Source: Acidobacteriota bacterium
Lineage (GTDB): Bacteria; Acidobacteriota; UBA890; WLXD01
Assembly (NCBI GenBank): GCA_965205505.1
Contig: CBDBHB010000009.1
Location: forward strand, 1,728,001 to 1,792,000
Direction of reading: 5' to 3'
Length of the DNA: 64,000 nt
The position numbers and the translations under genes are program-made. Under the pieces are notes generated by a model. It ran no database searches and had not been told where the DNA came from. It was given only the letters and a program-made list of their open reading frames with translations. This document shows, one piece after another, positions 54,876 through 64,000 of this stretch (positions are counted from its first letter, which is position 1; each line of letters starts with the position of its first letter).

Positions 54876-55800
54876 ATGTCACGACCGGCAATGTACGCAT
54901 TGATGGCGCTGACCCTTGTTTGGCCGGGGGAGGCGAGCGCCCAGATCTTCTGGCCTGGGGCGCGAGCGGAGTTCATCTCCGGATTCGGCATCCGCACCGT
55001 GGCGAGCTTCCTGCAGGCCAACGACATGCTGAGCGGCAGGACGCAGGTCCCCGACCCTCTAGGGCGTAGGTTCAAAGCACAGACGGTCTCGATGGCCGTG
55101 GTCTACGGGTTGCACCGAAAGGTCAGCTTGATCGGCGTATTCCCGTTACTCGACTAAGGAGATGCGAATCGACAGCCCGACCGGCGCAGAGCGTCTTGGC
55201 GCCGGCCTGCGCTTCGGCGACGCGACCTTCCTGGTCAAGTGGCGCCTCCTGAAGAGGGATCGCGGCAGAGGAGGAGTCCAGCTGTCGTTTCAGGGTGGTG
55301 TCAAGACTCCGACGGGTCGCGACGACGCACCCGATTCATCGAACGGGCAGTTGTTGTCGCCGCCGCTTCAACGTGGGACTGGATCGTGGGACCCGACCGC
55401 CGATTTCATCACCAGCTACGTGACCCCTTCCGCCCGCTGGTTTTTCACTGCCAGTGTCGGTGCCTCGCTCAGCACGGAGGGCAACGATTTCAAGCCTGGC
55501 GACCGGTTCCGCTACGATGCGATGGTCAAGACACGGATCTCGTCATTGCGCTCCCGCGACCTCTTCTTGCTGCTGGAGCTCAACGGTCGTTGGCAGGGGC
55601 GCTGGCGCGCTGGCGACGAGGAAATCGACAGTTCCGGCGGAACCCTCCTGTACCTTTCCCCTGGAGTCCAGTACCTGCCGCGTCCCAACCTCGTCGTCGA
55701 GGCCGGCGTGCAGCTCCCCGCTGTTCGCTACCTCAACGGCACGCAGTTGGCGCCGAGTATCAACCTGCTATTCGGGCTGCGCTACATCATCCTTCCGTGA
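54876..55800 (+). CDS. Outer-membrane beta-barrel 'transporter' (Phenol_MetA_deg/SphA-like), split by a 1-nt frameshift at ~55155
   Basis: Signal peptide; FGDATFLVKWR, GVKTPTG, LQRGTGSWD, LELNG and SGGTLLYLSPG; removing one base joins ORFs ending 55157 and starting 55162. Confidence 0.75.
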
Positions 55801-55832
55801 AGGACAGACGTCTCGATTCAAGGAGTGTCGAT

Positions 55833-56390
55833 ATGAGCTATCAAACCGAAAGTCGGAGTTTCCTTGCCGTCGGCGTCGTGCTGCTCTGCGCGATGCTCGT
55901 CGCCACGCCTGCCGCCGCCCAGGTCATCAAGGCGGAGGTCGGTGTCGACGGCATGACGTGAGGGCTGTGAGCCTACGGGATCAATCGATCCCTACAACGC
56001 CTGGAAGGCGTTGCCGACACGAAGGAAGACCTGGAGCGAAGGCTGATCACCGTGACCTTCGTGCCCGACGCGAAGTTCGATCCCTCGGAGCTCGAAGCGA
56101 GCGTGACCGCGATCGATTTCACGCCGACTGGCGTGACGGTTTGGCTGCGGGGTACTGCGGACACGAATGATCTGCCGGCGATCGCCACGAACCAGACGGC
56201 AGCGTGGCTAGTGAACGAGAGCAGTGGGCAGCGGTTCTTGCTCGTCGCCGCCGATGAGCCAGGCAGGGAGGCACTTGCAGCGTTCAAGGTCGCACCGCCC
56301 GGGTCGGTGACGCTCTACGGTCGAGCCACCCGAGCCGACGACAAGGCCCCGGTCAGCGTACAGGTAGAAGGGAGCAGCAGCGACGAATGA
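55833..56390 (+). CDS. Secreted heavy-metal-associated (HMA) domain selenoprotein candidate, GMT-U-G-L-U
   Basis: AGGAG RBS; signal peptide ending AAA-Q; VDGMT-TGA-GL-TGA-AYGINRSLQRLEGV; frame continues into ORF 56052-56390. Confidence 0.85.
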
Positions 56391-57400
56391 GGCCTTCGCG
56401 CTCGGCGCGTTTGGTGATTGCTGCCGGGGTCCTGACGGGTTCCGTCGGCACGCTCGGCCAGGCGCTCGTCGGCACGCTCGAGCTCGAGGCCGAGTGGACA
56501 GAAGCCGGCCCCGAGGGTAGCTCCCTCGATCACCCCATGGGCATTGCTGTCGGCGCGTCGGGGCGGGTGATGGTCGCCGACGGTGCCTCGCGGATCGTCG
56601 TTTACGACGCCGACGGCACGCCGATCGACCAATGGCCGTTGCCCGCGGGAACGCGGCCGGTCGGCGTGGCGGAACGTCCCGACGGGACGATCTTGGTGAC
56701 CGACTACACCGGCGATCGCCTGCTACTGCTCGACCGCGACGGCGAGCTGCTCGAGGTATGGGGAGGACGAGGAACCGGTGCCGGTCAGTTCCAGGCTCCC
56801 AGCGGCGTGGCGGTCACGCCGACGGGTAACGTCGTCGTCGTGGAGTTCATGGGCCAGCGCGTCCAGGAGCTCGACGCCAAGGGCAATTTCATCCGCTTCA
56901 TCGACGGCGGCGACTCCGCTCGACTCTACGCTCAGAACCGCCCGTCGGTCCCCGGGATGGAGGAGACGAAGATGTCGATGACAGCCACACTGGGCGATCC
57001 CCACGACCTGTTCGTCTTCCCCAGCGACGCTGCCGTCGGCCCGGACGACACGCTCTATGTCAGCAACACCCACGCCTACGAGATCCTCGTGTTCGAGCCC
57101 GACCGCACCCTTCGCGAGGCCTGGGGACGCAAGGGAGCGGAGGCCGGCGAGTGGGAAGTTCCCGTAGGCCTCGCAACCGACGCGGAGGGCAATCTGTTCG
57201 TCGCCGACAGCGCCAACTTTCGAGTCCAGGGCCTCGACCCGGCCGGCCAAGTCTTTCTCGTGTCCCGGGCCGACGAGCGCTGGTACCGCAGCACGCGGCG
57301 CATCTACTCGCCCGCCGACATCGATGTCGATTCCGAAGGCCGCCTCTACGTCGCCGATTTCGCCGCCTCCCGGGTGCAGCGTTTCGCCAGAGGTTCCTGA
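56387..57400 (+). CDS. NHL-repeat (six-bladed beta-propeller) protein
   Basis: Repeated PxGIAV / GQFQAPSGVAV / LFVADSANFRVQ units; ATGA overlap with the HMA gene stop. Confidence 0.9.
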   Translation: MRPSRSARLVIAAGVLTGSVGTLGQALVGTLELEAEWTEAGPEGSSLDHPMGIAVGASGRVMVADGASRIVVYDADGTPIDQWPLPAGTRPVGVAERPDGTILVTDYTGDRLLLLDRDGELLEVWGGRGTGAGQFQAPSGVAVTPTGNVVVVEFMGQRVQELDAKGNFIRFIDGGDSARLYAQNRPSVPGMEETKMSMTATLGDPHDLFVFPSDAAVGPDDTLYVSNTHAYEILVFEPDRTLREAWGRKGAEAGEWEVPVGLATDAEGNLFVADSANFRVQGLDPAGQVFLVSRADERWYRSTRRIYSPADIDVDSEGRLYVADFAASRVQRFARGS

Positions 57401-57493
57401 CCCAGGTCATCGCCGTCGGCGACGGAATCCTCGGTGCCAGGCGAAGAAAACGAGGCTCTCAGACATCCAATCTGCACCGACAAGGAGGCCATC

Positions 57494-57994
57494 ATGAAAC
57501 CCTGGACCAAGGTCGTGCTACTGGCTTTCGTGGCGCTGGGTGTCGCCCGCTCCGTGGCCGCCGAAGTTCATGCGGTTGAAGTCACGCTGTTCCTGCCTTG
57601 CAACCGGGAGACCGCCCAGGAGGCGATCTCCGCCCTGCGAGATGTCGCCGGGGTCGAGGAGGTTCTCGCAGCCGAGGGTGATCTCCGCGTCCGGGTGATT
57701 ACCGGGGTCCACTTCGTCGATCACCCGCTCACCCTCGTGCAGGTGCTCTGGGACATGAAGCTCTACCCGAATCGCATCTACATCGAAGCCACTAGCGTGC
57801 GACTAGCGGCGTCGACCTCGGATTGGATCCGTTTAGTCGGCTCTGACCAGGTCTTCGCAGTGAAGGATATGGACCGGTTCGATTCTGTCGACGAGCCGGT
57901 GCGCTTCCGCGCCGAAGTGCTCGACTGGATCGAAGATCGCCCGGCACGGCCATCTGCGCCCTACACTCTCCGGGTTCTGGAGACAAAGTCGTAG
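57494..57994 (+). CDS. Secreted protein with a degenerate HMA-like N-terminal domain
   Basis: AGGAGG RBS, signal peptide, VEVTLFLPCNRETAQEAISALRDVAGVEEV (one Cys). Confidence 0.6.
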   Translation: MKPWTKVVLLAFVALGVARSVAAEVHAVEVTLFLPCNRETAQEAISALRDVAGVEEVLAAEGDLRVRVITGVHFVDHPLTLVQVLWDMKLYPNRIYIEATSVRLAASTSDWIRLVGSDQVFAVKDMDRFDSVDEPVRFRAEVLDWIEDRPARPSAPYTLRVLETKS

Positions 57995-58086
57995 CGGATA
58001 CCGCTTGACCTGTATGGCGCCCCTGGTCGGTGAGCAGGGCGGCGAGGGCAGCGCCGAAGAAGGCTGATGGCGCCGCAGAGCATAGA

Positions 58087-58455
58087 ATGTGGAACCATGG
58101 CGTTGTCGATTGCCCCACAGATCAACTCCCGGACCCACTCCCGATGACCGTCCAAGATCTCGTCGCCCGCTTCCCCGAGATTCCGGCGGACCTACATCGG
58201 GAACCGCTGCTGGCGCAATTCGCCGACACCTTCGGCGATCTGCTCGCAGTCGCCATAGATCCGAGCGCCTGCGCCGCCGAGTACGGCGACCCCAACCACT
58301 ACTACCTGGGCTTGATCGGCCCGCTCAAGATCTACATGTACGGGCTATCGACCAAGGAGACGGCGTTGGAGCATCTGCGCGACATGCTGCAGCGTCGCTC
58401 TGCCGACTACGACGGCTTCGCCGCCAGCCTGATCGCCGAGCGCACGGCGAGGTAG
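58087..58455 (+). CDS. Hypothetical protein
   Basis: Protein-like ORF (FPEIPADLHREP, PSAC, NHYYLGLIGP); start uncertain. Confidence 0.6.
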   Translation: MWNHGVVDCPTDQLPDPLPMTVQDLVARFPEIPADLHREPLLAQFADTFGDLLAVAIDPSACAAEYGDPNHYYLGLIGPLKIYMYGLSTKETALEHLRDMLQRRSADYDGFAASLIAERTAR

Positions 58456-58471
58456 GGGAGGCCACTAGGTC

Positions 58472-59284
58472 TCAGCGGAGTCGGCGACGAATCGCGACGC
58501 TGCCCTGTTCTACCAGTACGACGATCACCAGGATCACCAGCGTCAGGGTGGCTACCCGCGTGTATCGGAAGGAGCGGATGTAGAGCTGAATGTAGAAGCC
58601 GATGCCGCCCGCACCGACGAGGCCCAGGACCAGCGATTCGCGTAGGTTCAACTCGAAGCGGAACAGTGTGTCGCGAGCCAGATCGGGCGCTACCTGCGTG
58701 AGAACACCGTAGCGTACGCGCTGCAGCCAGTTGGCGCCGGCGGAGTCGAGCGCTTCGATGGGGCCCGGCCGGGCGCTCTCGAAGGCGTCGGCGTAGAACT
58801 TGGCCAGCATGCCGACGGAGTGCACGGCTACGGCGAGCACGCCGGGTACGGGTCCCAAGCCAAGCGCAGCAACGAACATCAGCGCCAGCAGCAGCAGTGG
58901 AATACCGCGCAGCATCGCCAGAACCCAGCGCACCGGCTGGTGGATCCACGCCGGCGTCAGGTTCGCCGCCGCTAACAACGCCGGCGGTATCGACAGAACG
59001 ATGGCCAAGAACGTCCCGAGCACGGCGATCTGGAGTGTCTCGGCCGTCGATCTCATCGCCACTTCGAGTGCCGATAGATCGGGTGGAGTCATGCGGTCCA
59101 AGAACTCGATCAGTGGCGCGAGGCTGCCGCCGAGGCGGCCGAGCTCGAAGCCAGTACCGTGCCACGCCCAAGCGACCACCACCGCCAGAGCAATTATCCC
59201 GGTGGAGCGACGGAGCGTCGTGCCCAGACCCTGTTCGGGTGGCGCAGGGGAAGCAGGACTGGCCGGGTGGGCCGCAGACCTCAT
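58472..59284 (-). CDS. phnE: PhnE/PtxC-family ABC permease
   Basis: ETLQIAVLGT, RGIP, GLGPVPGVLA and LGLVGAGGIG. Confidence 0.9.
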   Translation of the reverse strand: MRSAAHPASPASPAPPEQGLGTTLRRSTGIIALAVVVAWAWHGTGFELGRLGGSLAPLIEFLDRMTPPDLSALEVAMRSTAETLQIAVLGTFLAIVLSIPPALLAAANLTPAWIHQPVRWVLAMLRGIPLLLLALMFVAALGLGPVPGVLAVAVHSVGMLAKFYADAFESARPGPIEALDSAGANWLQRVRYGVLTQVAPDLARDTLFRFELNLRESLVLGLVGAGGIGFYIQLYIRSFRYTRVATLTLVILVIVVLVEQGSVAIRRRLR

Positions 59285-60072
59285 TGTGTAATCTCCGGCG
59301 CCGGCGGTGGCTGTTCAGATCCGTAGATCGAGGCGATGGCCGTGTCGTCCAGAGCCAACGCGGCGCCGTCCCAAACCACGCCGCCCGCTCGCAGCCCAAT
59401 TACCCGATCCGCGAAGCGCTTTGCCAGCGCTGGCAGGTGCAGGCTCATGACCAACGTCTTGCCGTGTCGCCGGGCGACCCCGACTAGCAACTCGACGATC
59501 TCCTCGGCGAGCACCGGATCGAGGCTCGACACCGGTTCGTCCGCGAGCACCAGCTCCGGCCGCTGCACAATGACGCGCGCAACACCGACCCGCTGCTGCT
59601 GACCGCCGCTCAAGGTATCGACGCGCTGTGTCGTCTGCGCGAGCAGATCGACCTCGGCAATGGCGTCCATGGCCAGACGTCGGTCGCTTTCGGGAAAGCG
59701 GCCAAGCAGCGCACCGAGGCCATGTTGGCGCCCGAGCGAACCCCAGAGGACGTTGTCGAACACGCTGGCGCGTTCGACAACGTTGAAACTCTGGAATACG
59801 AAGCCTACGCGCTGCCGTAGTACCCGGTCGCGCCGATCGGCGCCGCCGTCGGGCCCGAAGCGAGCTGGCGCGCCGAGCACCTCGAGCTCACCGCTCTGGG
59901 CGCGCACGTAGCCGTTGGCCAGTCGCAGAAGCGTCGTCTTGCCGGCGCCGCTGGGCCCGATGACGCAAACGATCTCCCCGGCGGCGACCTCCAGCGCGCG
60001 AACGTCGAGGACCGGCGGCCTGGAACCGTAGCGAACACGCAGATCGCGCAGGCGGAGTACCAAGTCAGACAC
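59281..60072 (-). CDS. phnC: PhnC-family ABC ATPase
   Basis: GPSGAGKT, LSGGQQQRV and LADEPVSSLDP. Confidence 0.9.
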   Translation of the reverse strand: MSDLVLRLRDLRVRYGSRPPVLDVRALEVAAGEIVCVIGPSGAGKTTLLRLANGYVRAQSGELEVLGAPARFGPDGGADRRDRVLRQRVGFVFQSFNVVERASVFDNVLWGSLGRQHGLGALLGRFPESDRRLAMDAIAEVDLLAQTTQRVDTLSGGQQQRVGVARVIVQRPELVLADEPVSSLDPVLAEEIVELLVGVARRHGKTLVMSLHLPALAKRFADRVIGLRAGGVVWDGAALALDDTAIASIYGSEQPPPAPEITQ

Positions 60073-60959
60073 TAGTTCTGCAGATAGCCGTACTCGCGCG
60101 CCAGGGCCTCCACGCCCGCAAACGCGGCATGGTCGACCTCGACGTAGCCGTCGGGGCCGTACACGTACTGCAGCAGGTGCCGGTAATCGTCGTCGTTGAG
60201 CTTCAGCATGGCTCGCTTGAACGCCGCCACGACGCTCGGGTCGAGATCGCCCCGCGCGATGACGGCGTGCGAAGGGATGAGCTCCGATTCGGCGATCGAG
60301 GTCACCTCCAGTAACTGCTTGGGCGTTAACAGCAGCTCGGCGAACTGGCTGGCGCCGGCAGCGTCAACGTAGCCGTTCGCTACCGCCTGGATGGCCTGCT
60401 GGTAGCCGCCGGCGAAGTAGACCGAGCTGAAGAACGTCTGCGGGTCATCGCCGGGCGTCAGGAAGCCAGCTTCTGCGAACAGATCGAGCGGGTACAAATA
60501 GCCGGACTCCGAGATCGGATCGGCGAAGGCGATGCTCTGGCCACGCAAGTCGGCGAGATTGGTGATGCCGCTGTCGCGCCGCACGAACAGGCGCGCGCGA
60601 TACATCGGGCTGCCGCGATAGACCTCGGCGAGCACTACCTGGGCGCCGACGTGATGGTGCGCCAGGACGTAGGGCAGGGCACCCATGAACGAGATGTCGG
60701 CGGTGCCGTTGCGCAGCGCCTCAACCGCGGCAGCGTGGTCGAGCGTTACGTAACCGTCCACCTCCATTCCCATTTCCTCGGACAAGTAGCCGCCAATCAC
60801 CGAGATATCGTCGAGCAGTTTCTCGGGGTTTTCCTGTGGAATGAACGCCAGCGTCAACTTGTCCTGAGATATCGCCGACGCCTGGTCGGCCGGTTGCACC
60901 GCGCACAACGCCAGCGCGGTGGCTAGGATCGCCGTGGCATTCCGGAATCGTCGGTACAC
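60072..60959 (-). CDS. phnD: PhnD-family substrate-binding protein
   Basis: Signal peptide, FIPQEN, AFADPISESGYLYP and IPSHAV; GAGGAG before GTG 60959. Confidence 0.85.
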   Translation of the reverse strand: MYRRFRNATAILATALALCAVQPADQASAISQDKLTLAFIPQENPEKLLDDISVIGGYLSEEMGMEVDGYVTLDHAAAVEALRNGTADISFMGALPYVLAHHHVGAQVVLAEVYRGSPMYRARLFVRRDSGITNLADLRGQSIAFADPISESGYLYPLDLFAEAGFLTPGDDPQTFFSSVYFAGGYQQAIQAVANGYVDAAGASQFAELLLTPKQLLEVTSIAESELIPSHAVIARGDLDPSVVAAFKRAMLKLNDDDYRHLLQYVYGPDGYVEVDHAAFAGVEALAREYGYLQN

Positions 60960-60987
60960 AGTGTCCTCCTCGCCGCGTCGGTCGAGG

Positions 60988-62919
60988 TCAACGGAAATCG
61001 GGCTCGTAGGCGACTTCGAGTGCCTGGTATTCGGTCCACAGCTGCGCCGCCCGGCGCCAATCGTTGGCGTTGATTGACGCACGAATATCGTCGAGGCGGT
61101 CGGCGAGCTCGAAGACCTTGGGTGCATGTGCCAGATTCTCGAGCGCCGAGGCGTCGAGCCTCAAGTCGGCGGCTACGGTGCGCAGCATGAGGTCGGCGTG
61201 CTCGGCATCGTGCGCTGGAATGAGGGTAGACAGCGTCGAGGTAAACGTCGACAGCGCACCCCAGAACAACTGGAACAGCGTGTTGTCCTCGTCGAACACC
61301 TCGTACGGGTCCGCCCCTTCGCCCATCGTCTCGAGGTAGGTCGTCAAGTCGGACTGTTGGCTGTCGTCGAGGCCGAGGTCGAACTGATCGTCGAACCAAT
61401 CGACAACCTCGACGAGAGTCGCCACGGCGCCGTCGTGGAAGTACGGCGCGGTGTGCATCACGCCGATCAACGTCGGCGTGTCGAAGAACGTGTCCCGAGC
61501 GCCCGGACTCGACCGGTCGCCACTACCGATGTCGTGCCGCCGGCCGTCGAGGAAATTGTTGCTCGGCACGTGACAGGTGCTGCAGGCACGTCCGCCCATG
61601 CCGTCGAACGAGCGATTGAACAGTGCCTCACCGCGCCGGGCGGAGTCGGAAGCGGCGTCGTTGAGTCGGCCGTCGGGCTGTAGGTAAGGTGCCGGCAGCC
61701 AATCGAACTCGAGCATGTAGGCGACCAGAGCATCGAGCATCATCGGCGAGGGTTCCTCGCCGGCAAACTCGTTGACCACAACGTTTCGGGTGAAGTCACG
61801 GAGGCTCGCGAAACGGCCGTCGCGGCCATAGGGCGCCGTGAACCGGAGGCCGCGCAAGCTCGGGATGTCGAGCGCGTCGGCCCGGCGATCGTTGAAGCGC
61901 GGATTGAAGTAGTGCCCGTCGACGTCGACGTTTCCGGGGCGCGTGCTGATCCCTGGGATGAAGAACCGTTGGTTGATGTCGCTACGGTTGTGGCAGCGCG
62001 AGCACGAGAGGTCGAGGCTGAGCGCCGGCTCACCGAAGATCTGCGGCGAGTCGAAGAGCATGTCTCCGTAGGTCACCAGGAACAGATCCTTCTCGTCGGC
62101 GCCGCGCTCCTCGAAGTTCAGCACCAGGCGGGGCAGAGGATCTTGGTCGTTGAGGTCGGTGGCCGGTGGCAACCACGGCGCCACTCCGGCCCTCGACATG
62201 CGACCGACCGCCGGAACCGGGTCGAAGTGTGTCATGCTCGGCCCGCCGTCGCCCTCGTAGTTGGCGGTGAGGTAGGCCTCGACGGCCTCGACGGCGCTGG
62301 CGAAACGCTCCCTGTCGGCCGCCTGGACGCCGCGGCTCTCGACCCCTGCCGAGCCCACCGTTGTCGTCAGCTCGAGCCACGCGCGGCCCAGGTCTCGAGC
62401 ACCCTGCGAGTCGGTGGCACGCACGAATCGGTCGAATGCACGATACATCCGGCTGGCCTGATGCACCTCCTCGAGGGCTGCCCCTGGCGTGCCGAGATTT
62501 GCCAGCGCGCGCCGCAGATGCAACCGTACGAGTTGCGACACCGCGCGCGTGGCCGAAGCCGACAACGACTCGGCATCGGAGGCCGCAATGGCGTTGCGGA
62601 TCATTGCCGTGTGGTCGGTCCCGTCGAGCTCTGTGGCCAGCGCGATGGCGTCGTAGACCGAGTCGAGGTGCCAACCGTCTTCACGCACGCCCTCATATTC
62701 GGACCGGACGAGTGTCCAATCCACCGGCTGGAGCTTGAGGTAGAACAGGCTGCGCAGATACGCCGCCGGAACCGGGTGCCAGGGTTCCTCGCGGATGATG
62801 TGGGATCGGCCCGTCAACGGGAGCAGAAAGAGTGTTCCCAGAACGAGTGTCGCCAGCCGGGCGAGGCGACGGTGTCGACGGGTCGGGGCCAAGGTTGCCA
62901 CAGGGGTCCCGAAGTTCAT
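60988..62919 (-). CDS. Secreted di-heme cytochrome c (peroxidase/MauG-like) with a long helical N-terminal domain
   Basis: CSRCH and CSTCH, IPSLRG..TAPYGRDG, FDTPTL..TAPYFHDG; GAGGA before ATG 62919. Confidence 0.85.
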   Translation of the reverse strand: MNFGTPVATLAPTRRHRRLARLATLVLGTLFLLPLTGRSHIIREEPWHPVPAAYLRSLFYLKLQPVDWTLVRSEYEGVREDGWHLDSVYDAIALATELDGTDHTAMIRNAIAASDAESLSASATRAVSQLVRLHLRRALANLGTPGAALEEVHQASRMYRAFDRFVRATDSQGARDLGRAWLELTTTVGSAGVESRGVQAADRERFASAVEAVEAYLTANYEGDGGPSMTHFDPVPAVGRMSRAGVAPWLPPATDLNDQDPLPRLVLNFEERGADEKDLFLVTYGDMLFDSPQIFGEPALSLDLSCSRCHNRSDINQRFFIPGISTRPGNVDVDGHYFNPRFNDRRADALDIPSLRGLRFTAPYGRDGRFASLRDFTRNVVVNEFAGEEPSPMMLDALVAYMLEFDWLPAPYLQPDGRLNDAASDSARRGEALFNRSFDGMGGRACSTCHVPSNNFLDGRRHDIGSGDRSSPGARDTFFDTPTLIGVMHTAPYFHDGAVATLVEVVDWFDDQFDLGLDDSQQSDLTTYLETMGEGADPYEVFDEDNTLFQLFWGALSTFTSTLSTLIPAHDAEHADLMLRTVAADLRLDASALENLAHAPKVFELADRLDDIRASINANDWRRAAQLWTEYQALEVAYEPDFR

Positions 62920-63011
62920 CACTTCCTCGCTACCAGCGGATGGCGGTTCCAACGCCGACGAAGAAATCGTCGGCGCGATCATCGAGCCCTGGAGCGTCGT
63001 CGCTGCGAAAG

Positions 63012-63049
63012 TTAGGCAAGGCTAAAGATTGTAGTTTAGCCACACCTAA
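63012..63049 (-). promoter_or_regulatory. Two DtxR/MntR-like operator boxes flanking a -10 element
   Basis: TTAGGCAAGGCTAA (63012-63025) and TTAGCCACACCTAA (63036-63049), with TACAAT (minus strand) between them. Confidence 0.65.
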
Positions 63050-64000
63050 TTCACTTGGCTAGCCCGCTGCTGGCCTTTTCCCACAGTCGCTCGGCTGCCG
63101 CTAGGTCCGTTGCGGTGCAGCTTCCACCAGCCCTCGGCCTGTCGGTTGTCCCAGCTCTCCTCTGTCGGGATATCGCGCAGCGCGTCTCCAAACTGGCGCA
63201 TGCTTTGAAACGGTTCTTTCGGATCCTTGGCGAACGTCTGCAGGATGACCTCGTCGAACTGCTGCGGGATCGGTAACTCGGTGCGGGTTGAGGGGGGCTT
63301 CGGCTCGGTCTTGACGTGGTCGACCACCATCTCCATGGGCAACCGAGAGTCGAAGACGAGCTGTCCGGTGGCGAGCCAGTAGCCCACCGCGCCCAGGGCA
63401 TAGATGTCGGCACGGCGGTCGACATCCTTCTTGCCCAGCGCGACCTCGGGGGGCATATAGGCCGGGGTGCCCGAGGCCATCCCCTCTCCGGTGAGTTGGG
63501 TGCGCGCGTTTTCGGAGGTATCGACGTCCTTTACCAGCCCGAAATCGAGCACTTTCACGAAGTCGTAGTTAATCCCTTTGCGGGTGGCAAAGATGTTGGC
63601 TGGCTTCACGTCGCGGTGGATCAGCCCATGCTCGTGGGCATCGGCGAGGGAGTCGCAGGCCTGGGTGAGTAGATAGACGGTTCGTGCGATCGAAACCGGC
63701 CCGTGTTTCTCTACCAACGTGTCGAAATCGAGCCCATCGAGGTACTCCATGCGTAATAGAACGAACCATCGTCGGTGGTGCCGAAGTCGTAGAGCTCGAT
63801 CGTGTTCGGCGAGGTCAATGTGGCGGTGGCCTGCGCCTCTCGCTCGAAGCGCTTCATCGCCTGGTTGATCGCGGTCGTGCCCGACGAGCCTCCGCCGTTG
63901 CGCAGCATCTCGGGCCGGATCACCTTGATGGCCGCCGGGCGCGTCAACAGGTTGTGACGCGCCAGCCATACCTCACCCATGCCCCCTGGCCGAGCTTCTT
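63046..64000 (-). CDS. Hanks-type Ser/Thr protein kinase (5' end outside window; frameshift near 63750)
   Basis: GGMGEVW and AAIKVI in one frame; HRDVKPANI, DFGLVK and GTPAYMPPE in the next. Confidence 0.9.

Noticed and set aside
55959-55970. Alternative genetic code (TGA = Trp or Gly) as the explanation for in-frame TGAs
   Set aside because: TGA terminates many conserved genes here (guaB, alc/allB region, argG), and the internal TGAs fall only at Cys positions.

Overview
GC-rich bacterial window. Three PadR regulators paired with ADOP-type permease genes or fragments and a GWxTD protein point to Acidobacteriota or a similar lineage (inference). In order: a purine/allantoin catabolism cluster containing a 266-bp MITE; an IS1111-type IS110 element; an MBL hydrolase, guaB, secA and a cytochrome P460-family gene. 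A ~12-kb P4-integrase satellite-like island (int, alpA, primase/helicase, iteron origin, IS3, HEPN-like cargo, three tRNA half-genes) has inserted into the conserved LALGIGANT codons of an ADOP permease gene. Then come further PadR/permease genes, a HemY-type oxidase, and redox genes including an unannotated UxxC thioredoxin-like selenoprotein candidate with a SECIS-like hairpin. A CusCBA-type efflux system, a thiaminase I and argR-argG-argH follow. Next is a beta-barrel / HMA / NHL / HMA-like operon whose HMA protein has both metal-binding cysteines encoded by TGA (GMT-U-G-L-U). The window ends with a di-heme cytochrome plus PhnDCE-like ABC operon behind paired DtxR-like boxes and a partial Ser/Thr kinase. 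Many genes carry single frameshifts that may be sequencing errors. All family calls come from motif recognition, not database searches.
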